Positions 47,401 through 62,400 of a stretch of 64,000 bases of DNA are shown piece after piece. The stretch's first letter is position 1. Every line of letters begins with the position of its first letter. The stretch lies in assembly GCA_043815445.1 (NCBI GenBank), contig JBDRIY010000058.1:16403-80402 (forward strand). Reading direction: 5' to 3'. The DNA is from Candidatus Omnitrophota bacterium. Its GTDB lineage: Bacteria; Omnitrophota; Gorgyraeia; Duberdicusellales; 4484-171. The position numbers and the translations under genes were made by a program. The notes under the pieces are model-generated. The model did not search any database. It was given only the letters and a program-made list of their open reading frames with translations, and was not told the DNA's origin.

Positions 47401-50400
47401 TATTATCTGTAGTCAAGTTAAATTCTTCATCCGCTATCTTTAAAGCAACAAAAATTTCAGCTCCATACTTGAGCTGATTACCTAAAAAAATCATCTTTTC
47501 TAACGGCCTTTTATGAACTATGTAGCGTGTTGTAACTGTTTCTTCATAAACGTTTTCCTTTTCCACTATCCTTTTTTTATCAACCCACTCATTATGCGCT
47601 TCTGCCAATGCCTGAAGCTGACAGCGGAATTCTTCGGAAATTCTCTGCTCTGCTTTGATCTCAAAAAGATTTATCTTTTTCACTTCCCTTGTTGATAATA
47701 AATCACGCATAATAATATTACTTTCTGGGTGGAAAAAATAACCAAAAGGACTAGAAGAATGTTTAAGCAACAGGAGGAATTTGATAAGGAAAATGATTGA
47801 AACAAATATAACAAACAGCACAACCAAGCCAGTCCCTGCGCGGATAGGATTGGCAAAAAAGATAAACTGTAAAAACCGGTTATGCTTATTCCCTTCATCT
47901 TCTTTAACAAACATATATTTATCTTCTACCCGCCAGGATTTATAAGCTATTTTATTCTTACGGATAAGGCTAAGAAAAACATCAACGATCTCCCCATCAA
48001 ACTGTTTTCCGCTTTTATCTTCTAAAACAGAAATTGCTTTCCTCTCCGACAATCCTTGTTTATAAACCCTTTCTGAAGTAAGCGCGTCAAATACATCCGC
48101 GACAGCTAAAATCCGCGCGACTAACGGAATATTCTCGCCTTTTAACCCTGAAGAATACCCTTCGCCGTCATATGATTCATGATGGTACTCAGCGCCATTA
48201 TACAATATCTTTAAAAATTCATCTTTACCCTCAATATCCCCTCCGTTAATAACCGAAAAAATAACTTCAAGGCTTTTCCTGTCCATTTCTAATAATTCTA
48301 CCCCATACTCCGTATGTCTTTTCATGATAATAAATTCTACCTCAATTAAACAACCCAATTTCATAATAATCTTCTTGGTAATACGAAGCTTTCCAATATC
48401 ATGCAGCCATCCCGCCATCTCGATTGCTTTTATCTGCCCATAGGGCAAGCCCGAAGCAACAGCAATATTTCGGCTATAATAGGCAACTCGTTCGGAATGC
48501 CGCTTAGTATAAATATCCATACTTTTCAAATATCCCGACAATACCTCCAGCGCCTCTTGATACCTTTCTTTTAAATCTCCTTCCAGAAAGCTTAGATGGT
48601 TAAAAAAACACTCTTTCATCCCATAAATTTTAATTTCCTCACTAAGACTTTTCACTTTACACTTCAACTCCCTTAGATTTTTCAACTGATAACCCGTATC
48701 AATAAACACTGGCGTTGACCTTACCGGCGCGGCCTTAAGAAACACAAAATGATGTTCTTTAGGCAAAAGCATTCTTTTACGGATTTTTTCATCGGCGTAA
48801 ATACAAATAGAGTTATCATTCTTCTTTTTATCAGCCAAATATAATTTTATCCGTTCACTAAACGGCACAAAACCAAATTCCATAAGCATTTTTATAAATA
48901 CGGGGTGGTAAACTACAGCTGTATCTCTAAACTTAAACTGCCTCAAAAACCGGGAATCTTTTATAGTCAATAAAAACGCGGCGAATAAATATTCAGACAA
49001 CCCCTTTCCCTGATAATCATCAAATACTTCAAATGTATTAAGCTTTAATTCTTTGCCGGACAAACAAATTTCAACTTCTAACGCCATCTGCCTGTTTTTC
49101 ATATCCATAAATTCCAATAAATATAACTCACAATAAGGCAATGAAAAGACCGGTCTTAATGAAAACTTAAATTTATAACCTAAAAATTCAACTTTTCCCC
49201 GTAAAGACAAAATGCCTTTATGATTAGTTTTGAAAATACTGGCTAACCGAAAGGCTATTTTATGCCGTAAGCAGTTTAACCAGGAATAACTATTTTTCAG
49301 CAGACAAGAAGAAAAACTGGAAAGATTGGAAGAATGTTTACGAGAAAGAAGGAATTTGATAAGGAGAACGATTAAAATAAATAACACAAACGCCCCCGTC
49401 CCCGCGCGGATAGGATGGCCGACGAAGCCGAAATAGAGAATTTTTTGCAGAGAAAAGTTGGTGTTAGATAAGCTGGGGAAGAATAGAATAGCAGTTAAGC
49501 TATTCTTAGAATTCACTATATTATCCCGCAATCCTGAAGTTTTATCTATCTTACGAAATAATACGCCATCAATACGAAGTCTACACTGTACGTCTTGTTT
49601 AGTTTCTACCCCCGCGCAAATGTTAACGATATCCGGGATTAAGTTCCAGATTGAAATAATATCCTCACTATGTTCTCTTTCTTTATCCGCAAGTTCCTCT
49701 CTCAAAACAGCAATATTTCCTTTCTTTTTATTGAAAATATCTAATATTTCATTCTTATCTTTGTCTAAAATGCTTAAAAGACAGCCTCGACAAAGTTCAG
49801 AATTTTCAAAATCAATGGGAAATCTACTAAGAATGTGATCTTTAAGGTAAGATTTGCTAATCCCCATGCTGATCGCGACTTGTTCACGATTATCTTTAAG
49901 CAAGTAATAGCGTTTTATGATCTCAATAATAATTCTCTCCTTGATATCAAAATAAATAATTATATCTACTATATTTTTTCTTTTTGCGTAGGGCAAATAG
50001 GCCTTAAGCAGCTTCTTTAAATTACCTAAGTTAAACCCCTGATATGAATGTTCCCAGATATCCAATGCCTTGAATTTAACGACTTTCTGAAAATAATCTT
50101 CTGTGAGCGCGCCGAATTTCTTTTTCTCATCAGCTTTATTTTCTATTTCCTTAATAACAATACCTAAATCCTCAGAAATCCCAAGTATCCTTTCTGACCG
50201 CTCAATACAGAACCATTTACAAACAGCTTCAAGCTCTCTATTATAAAACTGAAGTACTTCGTGAAATATCTGGTTAAACTGCTTTGCGAAACCTAACGCT
50301 TTTATTTTTCCTCCGTCTGAAAAGTTTTCAAGCGCCGGGATTTCTTTTGTATAAAACTCTAATAAACCAGGTAAATCCAATGTTGCATCTATTGCCAAAA

Positions 50401-53400
50401 CAACCTTTCCATCTTTATAAAACTTCTCCATTATCAAAGAAATCTCAGCAAGCAGCCCTTTAAGCCATTCTCCTCTGCGCACTGTAAGATGCCATCTTAC
50501 AATAGGCCTTTTTTTCACTTTATTATCTAATCCGTTTAAAATTAAAAACGCGTTATTAAAATCATGCTGTTTCATAAACTCTTGTGCTTCTATCATTGCT
50601 TCACATATCGCAATCTCTTTTTTTATAGCAAGATCGAGTTCTTCCTGATGAAATTCGTCTAAAATATCTTTTGCCTTATAAAACGCGCCTATTCTAATAT
50701 ATTCTTCCGCGTTCGCTTGTTTTTCTTCTCTTTTTTCTACTTCTTTATCATCTCCATACCACTCTCCCCAGGGATATAAAACCAACATCAAACCCGCCGG
50801 AATCAACAAAACCTTGGTAATCGAAATTTCTCCCCCTACTCCCAAACAAAACAAAACCAACCCCAACACCGCGACAGCCCCTGCTTCTTCTTTATACCTC
50901 CCTACCTTGCTCAATTTATCTTTATCTAAATATCTCATAACAAAAAATATAATTACCCCTAATAGCACCATACCCGAAACTGCGATAAAAAAACCTATGC
51001 CATTAATAATTTTCTTATCAGGATATGGCTGAATATTATTGTTGGGCATTTTGCCTAAATAACCAAGCTTAGCAACGCATATATTATGTATGAAATATAT
51101 CTCATCCTGTACCTGACTGCCGCCAATCTCAATAAGCCTATTTTTTACTATAGTAATATCTTTACTACACTTTAAATAGTCCTTATTTAAACCTTGTTTT
51201 TTCGCTCTCACTAACCTCTCACTGCGAACAAGAAAAGCCAGGGTAAAATAAAATACTCTATATTCTTTAGCCCTATCTTCTTCCCGCGTTTTTTCTTGCG
51301 GGCTAAAAAGAATATTTTGAATAATTTCAATCATTTTTCTCTTATAAAAATCCTCCTTGATTTGTCTTTGCTTAATATCTAAACTGCTGAGAAAGCTTAA
51401 AAGAAACTGAGTATTTTTTTCATTTAAAAATATTGCTGATACTTTTTCCAAAGGCTGGTTACGCAAATTATCTATAAGATTAATCTTCTTTAAGCGTAAA
51501 ATATAGTTAATCTGTTCCGGCTCTAATAAGACGGCGCCGCCATCTTTAAACTCTAAAAAAGCATTACGCGGGTAAAGCCCAAGATAAAATCCGCTTAAGC
51601 TGCAATATTGAGCCAAACACTTTGATAAACCACACAGAAGCTGAATTCGGATAATTCTGCTTACTATAAGATTTTTACTGGTTTTCCCTAAAGTATTCTC
51701 ATTCTTCTGACATATTACCGGCTGTAATACTTCAGGCCCAAAAACTTTATCCATATCCCTATTTTGCCGCCTAAACATAAAACACATCGCCATAAACATA
51801 ACCGCGAAAATTAGTATAGAAATAACCAGAGGCGTTCTCAATAATACAGCTATATTAACAGAGTTGAGCTGAACTTCTTTGGAGCTCTTTTTTCCCGATT
51901 CCGCGCCGAGAATCAAGCCTTTTCTCACTGGAATATTAACCGTCCAATTATCTAAGCTTAAGCCTTTTAGAAAAGAAGTATCCAATTGATTTTTTATAGC
52001 ATAAATATATAATTTCAGACATATTCTTTGAAATTCGTAAGTTTCTACAGGGGCTTTTAATATTTCACATAATGGCTTAAGGCCTCGTGAAATTAAATTC
52101 TCAATGCTGTGTTGGATGAAATCCTCATCAACCACCTTAATTCTTTCTTGGGGCAAGATCTCCTGGGCAACTAACAGTGTGAACTCGGCAATCTTTTCCA
52201 TTACCTCCAAAGCTCTCGAATTTTGCTCCGAGGCCCCTTTCTTCACAACCAGAAACTCCTCAGAAATATGCTCCAGAAAATCTTGAAGAATCACAAAAAG
52301 ACACTTCCAATAATAGGATTCTAAATTAAAAAACCTTTTATGAAGTTTTATACGCATTGACTCTGCAGAAATTGAGATTGATTTTTCTGCAGAAACAAGA
52401 AACGTAAAATCACGAGCATAGTTAACCGTCTTACTATTTCTTTCCTCAATAATCTTATTTATCCGAAACAGCAAAATCTTCTTCAAATCTCTTTGAATAG
52501 GGTAAACAGAATTAACCGCTCCCATAATCTTGATAATTTTCCTTATATCAAACACCTCTTTTTCTTCTTTGGTTAGACAATCCTCGGTGAACTGAATCAG
52601 TTCTTTTTTAAACTTTTCATAATCATCTAACTCCCCGTTTTTAAGGCGTTTAGGGAGAATTTCATTAAAATAACCTTCTAAACTACTCTTCCGAGATCGC
52701 TGTCTTATCGCCATCTCAATAACTAAACGATTATAATATTCAGAAGCACAGCTAAAACCTTTTTCTCGTAACTCTCCAATATACACGCTGACCTTGATTT
52801 CTTCCTCAGCTAAAATATCTAAGAAGCTATATCTCACATCCTTTTGAGTATGCGCAGAGCTTTCCCTATCATCACCGCTTAGAATATGGCAAACATCATG
52901 AACCAGCCCTACTTGAGCGAATATCCGGCAAGCTACGGAATTGTCAAAATAATTTCTTAAAATAAATATTACGTTGTGTTCGCGGGAAGGAATTTGGATG
53001 GCGTAAGGGGAAGACTCAGGAATTGTATCTACCCCAATAACTCTAATTTCTCTTTGTTCTTTTATTTTAAACCGCGACTGAGCCTCAGCCAACAAAGCTC
53101 CATAATCACTATCAGATAAAAAGCTTAAACTCTCATCCACGGATAAGCTCACTTCCCCCTGCTTTATTTCCTTAAATTTAATACTCTCATCATTAATTAT
53201 TGCCTGCGCCCCTTGCTTCTCACCCCGCTGAAAATCCTCACCAATCTTTGTATGCCCCTGCCGCAACTCAGAAGCTTCAAAAGGAACACTAATTTGTTGA
53301 GCCTCAGCCAGCATAAACCCTCCAGTCTCAGGATTAATTTCAATCATAGGATTCTCAAAAGCCTTTATTATTTCTATAAATCTATCAAGCCATTCTACCA

Positions 53401-56400
53401 ATTGTTTAATTACCTCCAGAGAACCGCTGATATCCTCGCCTCTATCTATTTCTAACAGCATTGATTCAATATAAATAACCAAAGGATTAGTGAATTTGTC
53501 ACTAATATCAAATTTTTCTAATTTAGTAAAAGCATTTGACGATTTACTTGTGAAAGTATGCGCTTTTCTTTGAATAACTCCCAAAGTGTATTTTTTACAT
53601 ATCTTACCGCTCTCCAATAATTCAATAACTTTCAGATTTTCACAAATCGATTTCTTAACTTCTGAAGCTTGAGCTATGAAGATGTCACGCTCTTCCCTTA
53701 CTCGTTCATCCCCCTTAATATTTTCTACTATCAGATTTATGGTATCGCTATTTAAACATTGACCGTCTATTGTCTGAATAGCCCTCAACTCGGCTTTTAA
53801 ATTTATAAGGCCCTCGTCATCAAATTTTGGCTGTTCTCTTATAACTTTTAATACCATTTCCGCGGCAGAAGGCCAGGCCTGAGAATCAATAACCCTAACC
53901 ATATCTAAAGCTGGTTCAATACGCAAATTGCAGATTTTATTACACGGTGTGCTGTCCGCTAAAGGCTTCCAACTATAAGGCCCGCGATTAGCGCTAAACT
54001 CAATTCCTGACGAACAATGACTCAATGTTTTTTTCCATATTATCCTTACTCTTTTAGTCCTAAGATCATCAATGATAATATATTTTATCCCCATCTTTAA
54101 AGCTATCCGGCATAAATATTTTATAATTTCCGCTCCTATGCCTTGATTAGTATCCCCATCGCTACGATTATTTAAAAATAACCTTTTAACGATAAGGCTA
54201 TCGTCCTTGATTAAAATAGTTAACGGCAAAATTCTCGATTCTTTAGAATTTAATGCACGCTCTTCGTAATATACGTTATAAGAAATCTTATTTTCTTCTC
54301 TGGCATTTCTATATCCATACCCCAATCTTATTATCTTGCCATAACTCGCTTTTTTCCTACCATTCGAATCCTTTTGAGTGCCAACAAGCAACACAGATTC
54401 ACCCAGCTTCTTAGGTAACGGCAGAGTCATATTCTGAGGCTGATTCATATCCTGAGGAATTAAAGCCTTAATTTTCTCCAACGTTTCATCTGACAATCCA
54501 TAGCAATCTTCGCCTCTGACCATACTCTTATCAAGTTTGCTCACCTCACTCTCATTCATTATTATTAATATCAACAGTAAGATAACTAAAAAGAGGCTGA
54601 GCCTAAAAAGCAGTAACCCGCATAACATATTTTCTGTATTAGTTTCTTGCTCATCGCCGGCCCTCTCAATCAAAAGATTTTCGCCTTCTCTCCAATGGAA
54701 AGTGTTTTCTTGGTAATTGCAGATGGTGTATTCGCTAACTCCTTTAGCTCTTAATACTGCTTCCCATACTCCTGAACCTTTGGATGTTTGTTTTAGCCGG
54801 CGCATACAAATTTTTACCCAATTGCCGGCAGAATCTGTTATTCCCGCTAAAACAAAACCCGGCTGTTCTTGCTGTATAAGCACCGGACAATTTCTATCAA
54901 TTTTTTTGCCGGACTGCCAAGACACAGGTTTACCAGCCAGATACTCAATACCCATAACCTGACGAATTTTATCTTCTAAAGCCTTTTTAAGCTTCCGGCG
55001 CTGTTTAGCTATCTTTTCTTTATTATTTTCCATAACCTCAGCATAATAATTTAAATATCGCGCGGTTGCCCAAGGGCCGATTAACAGCGTAAAAATAAAA
55101 GGGTTTTTTAAAAAATTGGGCGGATTAATTAACAGTGTTTGCTTACGCGCTTTTCTAATCTCTTCCGGTAATCTCTTTATTCCCACATTAATTACTACCC
55201 CTAAAGGCTGCTGCAATGCACAATCATCTTTTTCCGCCCGGTTAAAATCAGCAATAAATATAAAATTCTCCAAAGGCAAGCCAAGCCATTCAGCCAGCAT
55301 TTTCATAGCCTCGCCTTTATTCTTAGCCTGAATAGGCAGTTTCCAATAATCATTATCGAGCTTAACCCACAGCTCATTGCCAATAGCCACAATAAGAAAA
55401 AAGGGAGAAAAACTATCCTCTAACTGGAATATCCTCTGACAGCAAAGGTCTAAATTAGCTCCAGTATTAATACCGCTGATTGCTCCAGCCTTTTCAATCC
55501 TGGCCAGGATTTCTTTAATTTCCTTAGGTATCGCATCATCAAAAACAAGCGTATTATGAATATCAACAAATAATATTAAAGGCTTATTCCCTTTATCACT
55601 AATTTTATTAAGCTTATGCTGAAATTCATTCTTGAATTGCTCTAAAACAATATCTTTAAAATATATATGGATATCCCTGCCTATCCACCCCCCGCCTTCA
55701 CCAAAAAAGCAAATGGTAGCTATCTCAGTTTCAGCAACATCAATAATAACCTCCCATTCTCCCTCTTTAACCTTTTTAAACAATTTCATCCACATAAAGT
55801 TAAGGTTCCAGCCGCCTTCGCCATTCTTAAATGAGGCCATTATAAAACCCGGTTTAGAGAATTTTAGGCGAAGCGGAGTTGTGCCTTCTACTCCAATAAA
55901 AACATCTTCCTGTTTCGATGTATTTTGGATTATTTCCTCCTCAAATATCCAGGCTTTTGGCTTACCCTTAAGGTAATTTACCTTGCCGCAGCTATGGTGT
56001 TCTATCTTTTCAATAAGCTTTTTCTGCAAGTTAGTAAACATACTATTTGATTTTAATTTTATCTCATCAGCATAAAGAGTTACCGCCTCCAGCAATATAG
56101 TTAGGTATTTTTCAATAATTTCTTCATCAGTTAACTGAGAGTTTTGCCGGTGCAGTTTAATAATTAAGGTTTCCGGAAACATAAAATCTTCTAATTCTGT
56201 CTCTAATAATTCAGCCAAAACTTTGATGCTATTGCCTTTATCACCCGCTCCTTCCGGAGATTGCCAGTAAGTATTACCTAATTTCACCCATATTTCCCTT
56301 CCTGAACTAACATTAAGAAATGAAATAGGAAACTCATTATTTATTCCGGCTAATACCTTTTGTCCGCAAGCGCCAATATCTTCAGAGCTGGTTACAGCAA

Positions 56401-59400
56401 TAAGCACGCCTGCTTTGCTTAATTCCTTAAGTAGTGCTTGAATGGTTGGCGATACTGTTTCCGGAATATCAAGACAAACTACAGGAACCCTTCCTTTATC
56501 CGCGATTTCCTTTATTTTCGGCCTAAGCTTATCCCGATAAACATAAAAATGACTGCCTAACTTATCCCAATGCCCACCGCTTCGCCACCAGCCTCGGTAA
56601 TAACACAAATACAAATTAAACACATTAATCTCCGGGTCCAATAATTCCGCTTCCCATACTCCGGGCTTAACTTCTTTAAAAGGAACAAGATAAATCCTAT
56701 TCTTATCCCACTCCCCATTCTCATCCTCAACCCCAGCATAAGCAAATATCGGATACCTGCCGGGATATTTTGCTTCTAAAGCCTTTTGGGTAACCTGAAT
56801 ACACAGGCACTGCCCTATCTTAGCTGTAAAAAATTCACTATCTCTATGCTCAACGTAGCACCAATCAAACAATTCTCCTTTTACCGGAGCCGAAACTTCT
56901 TCACGCTTGCATCTTAACTTTTGAATCGTTTTCCGCTGAGACTTTCCATTATGGCTAAGAATAATTTCTAAGGTTTTCTTTAAAAACTCTTCCCCTTTCC
57001 ACGGCCTAAAACAAGGATAGTCAGATAACAAAATAACAAGTTCAGCTGTATCCTCCGAGCTAAGCCCTAAGAAACCAGCTAACTCTTCATCCATCTCATC
57101 CTGGCTATTTGACTTTAAAAGTATTTCTTGATACCCCTGTATTTTTTCATCCCATATCCACAAGGCCCTTCCATTATTCGTAATAAAAAATAAAATATGG
57201 ATCTCATTGTTAGTAAATTGAGAAATAAAATTCGCTGATTCTTCAAGATTTTCACAATTTATTTTTATTCCGAATAATGGTAAATTGGATTTATCGATTT
57301 TCTTAGATAAACCTCCTATAAAATTATCGTAATTAATTTTATTAAAATACTCCTTTTCAATCACTAATATAGGAACGCGCCCTTGTTTTAAAAACTTTTT
57401 AAATTCTGACTTATATTTTCCCAAATTTTTTTGCTGTTCTTCTAAATACTCCTGTTCTCCTTGGATAATAAAAACACGGGCATCGTAAGGATCCAGTTCA
57501 ACATAAATTCCTTTTTCTTTAATATCACACCCCTTCCATTCATAATTTCCATTATAAAAAATATCTTTTAAATGATATGTTTGATTGGGGTCTAATTGCC
57601 CGTTAGGATAAATTCTTCCCGACTGTGTTTTCTCGGACATATTGATTATTATTAAGGCTCGGCCTTCTTTGCCATATCTTGTAAATGCTAAAAGACTGGG
57701 GTTTTCCGGGTTAAGAACGAATAATCTTCCTAATCGCAGCGCCGGGTATGAAGCTATCTTCATTATTTTCAAATACAAATCTTCTTTTTCAACGTCCGCT
57801 GTTTCACCTTCAGCAAATACTTGCTGAATAGCAATCTTATTCTTATACCCTTTTGCCTGAAGGTCATATATAAAAGGTATCCCCGCGATTGTTGCTATAA
57901 GCACAGCCGCGGCTTTCTCAAAATCTCCCAACCAGCAAGCGGGATTTTCATCGTGGTTCTGAAGATAATGAATAAGTTTATTTAATACTTCCGGGGGGGT
58001 TCCAATGAGATAATTTTTAATTGCCGCCGCATCTTCTTCTCCCTTTTTAAACTTAGCTAAAAGGTCGAGAAGGCGTTTCTGATAAACAAATACACGGGGA
58101 TGCAATAAAGGAAGATAATGTTCTACGCTATCGCCATAGGCCTCCTTTAATAAAATCATATCCGGGTACTCCCTTAAAACATCGGAAACCACATCACTCC
58201 AAAAATCCTCTTCTACCGGCCATAGCTTATCAAATTCTTCCCAGGGCATCTGAGGATACCAGTTTTTCTTAAACTCCATCCGGGTTACCAAGTTTGACAT
58301 ATCACATCTTAAATTAATATTTCTTTGAGCCCAAAATCTTATGGTTTGTTTCATATAATATCGGGTATATTCTTTCGTATAATTTAACTGAACCGTGTCT
58401 GTCCACCCGTCAAAATAAGGGTCTCGGCCATGAGCCATTAAAATTCTGCTCTTTTTATCACCTGGAGTTCTATAGAATACAAAATAATGGTGTAAAGGGT
58501 ATCTTCCGCCCTTTTCTTTATTCTCATACCAAGGGTTATATTTATCTAAAAGTTCTTTATCGCTAAGATTCAAATCTTCAGAATTAAGAAATTTATGTAT
58601 AATACAATCCCAGTGTTGGATAATCCAAGGGTCATCAATCCCCATATGGTTAGAAGTAAAATCTATAAAAAATCTCACACCTTGACTCTTATATTTTTTT
58701 GCAAGATTCTCTAACTCCTTGTTTTTCCCCCAGTCAAGATTAATCCCCCTTAAATAGCAAGGAGCGAACGGACTGCCCTGATAATCCTTTTCTCCTTTCC
58801 ATTCCTGACGGATAAACATCCGTTTTTCACCGGTTTTTTCATCCCTTACTGTATAAAAAGGCGTATTTTCATCTTCTTTACTTCGCTGGCCCCGGCTCAT
58901 TATATAAGCAGTATTTCCAATAGGCAGAAGCCCTGTTAAATAGATATTTTTAGAATACTTTCTAATAATGCCGGGTAATTCTTTTTTAAGATATGAAATG
59001 CCGCCTAATTTGAATTTACCGTTGATTTTTTGCGTGCCCAACACCCGGGCGTTAATCTGAAAAATAGGGCTTCTGATAAATTCATTTCTCACTTCCTTGG
59101 AGAGTTTTGTGGGAAGGAATAGTTCTAAAACATATCTTTCTACCATATTCTTAACATATAAAACCTTTGATTCTTTATATATTTTATGACGAAGGTTTAT
59201 CCAGCGCTTATCTCCGTTATTTATCCAATTATAATATAAATTCGATATCACCTTCAAAGCGTTATATAATCCTATCTGATTGTTGCCTTCAATAAAAAAT
59301 CCGTTACCAAAACCTGTTTCCGGATTATACTGGCGCAAATATTCTAAAGGCCCGCCGTCTTTTGAAGCCACAATCACATTTGCATTCTCAAAAGCCCGCA

Positions 59401-62400
59401 TTCCGCTGGTTCCACAAGCCTCCTCGGGAGGCCGCGGCATCTCCAGCCAGCTATCAGCTCCCGCGGCAACTTTTTTCATCAACTCTACGTCATTACCGGA
59501 TATAAATACAAACCTTCCTTTAAAAGCGGGATTCCGCATCCAACTAATAAATTCCTTTATCCAAAAGCATAATTCCTCATTAAAAGGATCTGTAGTTATT
59601 CCTCCGATAACAATAGTCATTTCTAATCCTTCTATTTCTACATCTTTACCATCAACCTTTACCCAATTCTTAACACCCTTATCCTGACATAATGCCCAAA
59701 CAATATCTTTTAACATAGGATATTGCTGTTTATAATTAGCTATTCTTCTAACAGCGACAGCTATATGCCTATTTATACCTAAATCAAGGTGAAGATCATT
59801 ATCAGGATCCAAGCCTGTATCTTCCTTGATCCTTCTTTTAATTAACTCAATCATTTCCTGTTTGTCGTTCTGATGAACATCCCAAAGTTTTTCCGGAGTT
59901 ATCTTCCCTTTCCTTCTTTCCAAAGCAACCAAAATATCGCTTTTCCAGAATTCACCGCTTCCATTCATTATTCCGTGAATCTTTCCGGCAAATTCAGGAA
60001 ACATCCTCTTAAGAACCTGAGCGTGTTTTTTGCTTACGCCGTTAACAATATCCGCCAAAGCCATAGCTGCCCGGGAAAAATCCAAATCTTCTCCTCTTAC
60101 AAAAATATCTTTATATTTTTCTAACAGCCCCAGGCGCCCAAACCAGTGGCCTTTACCATGGTATATTTGAAGGCCGGCAGTAACAGGAGTATGATTAGTA
60201 AAAGAATAAGTAACGCCTTTAAAATAAGAGTCATCTCTCATTGTGGGCATAGCTATGACTGTATGGGCCTCATTCAAGCGTAAAATTGATGGTTTAATGC
60301 CGAACTTTTTCAATATTTCAGGCACAGCTTTACCAATTAAAACCTGCTGGGTTAATCTTTGGGCTTGGTCATCAGTATAAAGAATATCGTTTATCTCCTG
60401 ACAGGCTAACAAAAATGCCGGCGTTCCTCCCCGGCTGGTTACATATACAGCAATATGAAAATCTCTAAATTGCCCTTTACTTTGATCAAAAAGGCTTACT
60501 GTAATTTTAATTTCCTTTCCATTTTCATCAGTTACAACTTTTATAGGAAACCGCTTATTGATTTCCAATTCCGGATATTTTAATTTCTTATTATTAATTA
60601 AAGTATGATAATCAACTTTATTTTCAAAATCAATAAGCTCTCTATATTCTACAAACACCCTCTTAAGCCATTGCGATTTTTCTCCTATATTAGTTTTAGG
60701 CTCAAGCCGTTTCTCATACATCGGCATAATAATAAAAGCTTTAACCCCTGCTTTAGCGTAGCCCTCACCAGTATCACCTTCTAAAATACCTAACCCGCCT
60801 TTAGCGCTTTGATTAGCATATTTCAATAATTCTACTAACAGCGCCTCCATAGAAACATCTATTATCGGCCCGCCTAACTTCTCTAACTTCCTCAACCAAG
60901 CCTTCTTGCTGATTTTCGGCGTCAGATACCCTGGCTGTTTATCTTCTACTTCTGTTTCCGTAAAAAAGGAAAATAGGACATAGAAGATGAGTATTAACAA
61001 TGCTATATTTAAAGAACCTGGTATCACCACGCATAAAAGAGAATCTTGAACTCCTGTTGAAAGGCCATTACCTTTAACTATCTTATACCCTGATCCAATA
61101 CCGGAAGCCTGCCAAAGATAAGTATGTTCTAAGGACTCAATAATATTCATCTCAATAGAATCTTCCTTCTTGTCCATGTTCTGGCTAACATAACTAAACC
61201 CGTTAAAGTTAAGAACTTGATACTTCTGTTCTACCTTTGATTTAAAGCAAATAGCCCTGCTGTTCGGAGTCCGGCGCGTAAAATTACTTTTAGAATTCGC
61301 GGTAAACTGAAGGATTAATTTATTCTCATCAGCGGATGATAAGTGCTGGTCAAAATCAGCATGAAAAATGCCCGGGACAGCGGCATCTTGCCGAGCGAAA
61401 ATCACGTCACTAAAATCATTGTTCTTAAACCCTTCCCGAACCCTTTTATTGATTTCTTCAACAATTTTATACAAGAAATTAGTGTCTATGTTTTTAAGCT
61501 CTAACTCATCAAATGAAATATTAGCCAAATTCTCTAAAATAAAAGGCAGTATCCCTCCATTCACAACAATTCTATCGCCTAATACACAAGCAGCAACCAG
61601 CCGTCTTTCAAGAACATCATCTTTTATCCCCATGGCTAAATTTAAATATCGCGAATAATTCTCTGGTTCAACCACTGACCTATACAATTCAAGCTTATGA
61701 TCTCCCAAAAGCGTAATAACCTTTCCTCCTGCTTCCTCTACTGCTATCCGCAAAGTTTTTAGGTAAAAATATAATTCTTCCTCCTCTATACATTCACCCA
61801 TAAAAATAAGTTCCCCGTCTTCCCCTGTCCAAACATCGCTCTGCCAAGTATCACCCTTATCTATATACTTCAGCTCCGTCAAAACGCGCCTAACCTCTTT
61901 TAAGTTAAGAGCGTCGGCGCCAAAAACTGTAACCTTTCTTATATCTATAGGGTGGCAATAATGTTCAATTACCTGCTGAACAGTATTATGATTTTTTGCT
62001 AACTCAGTTTTTTCTAACGCTTTATTAACCTGATTGATTCTCTTATTTGTATACTCACTGGTGCTGCGTTTTTTCTTTATATAACAATCCTGTTCTGAAT
62101 CTATCTCTACATTAAAACAAAACGTCGCTAAGCCATCTAAACAAACTTTCCCCAAATCAAAAAGATGAGCACTGCCCTGGTAATTCCTTTCAAACCCTCT
62201 AATGCCGTCAGAAACTCCGTAAATAGGCGCGTTTTTATAAACACACTGCTTATTTAATTTAAATGTTACTTTAGTGTGAGAAACAGCATCCTCAATAACA
62301 ATGCTATCTATCTCTCCAACAGTTAAAGAATCCAAATCTTGAGGCATAGAATAAACCCTGCCATTAATACGTACCTTTATAAAATCGCCAATATGAGTAA

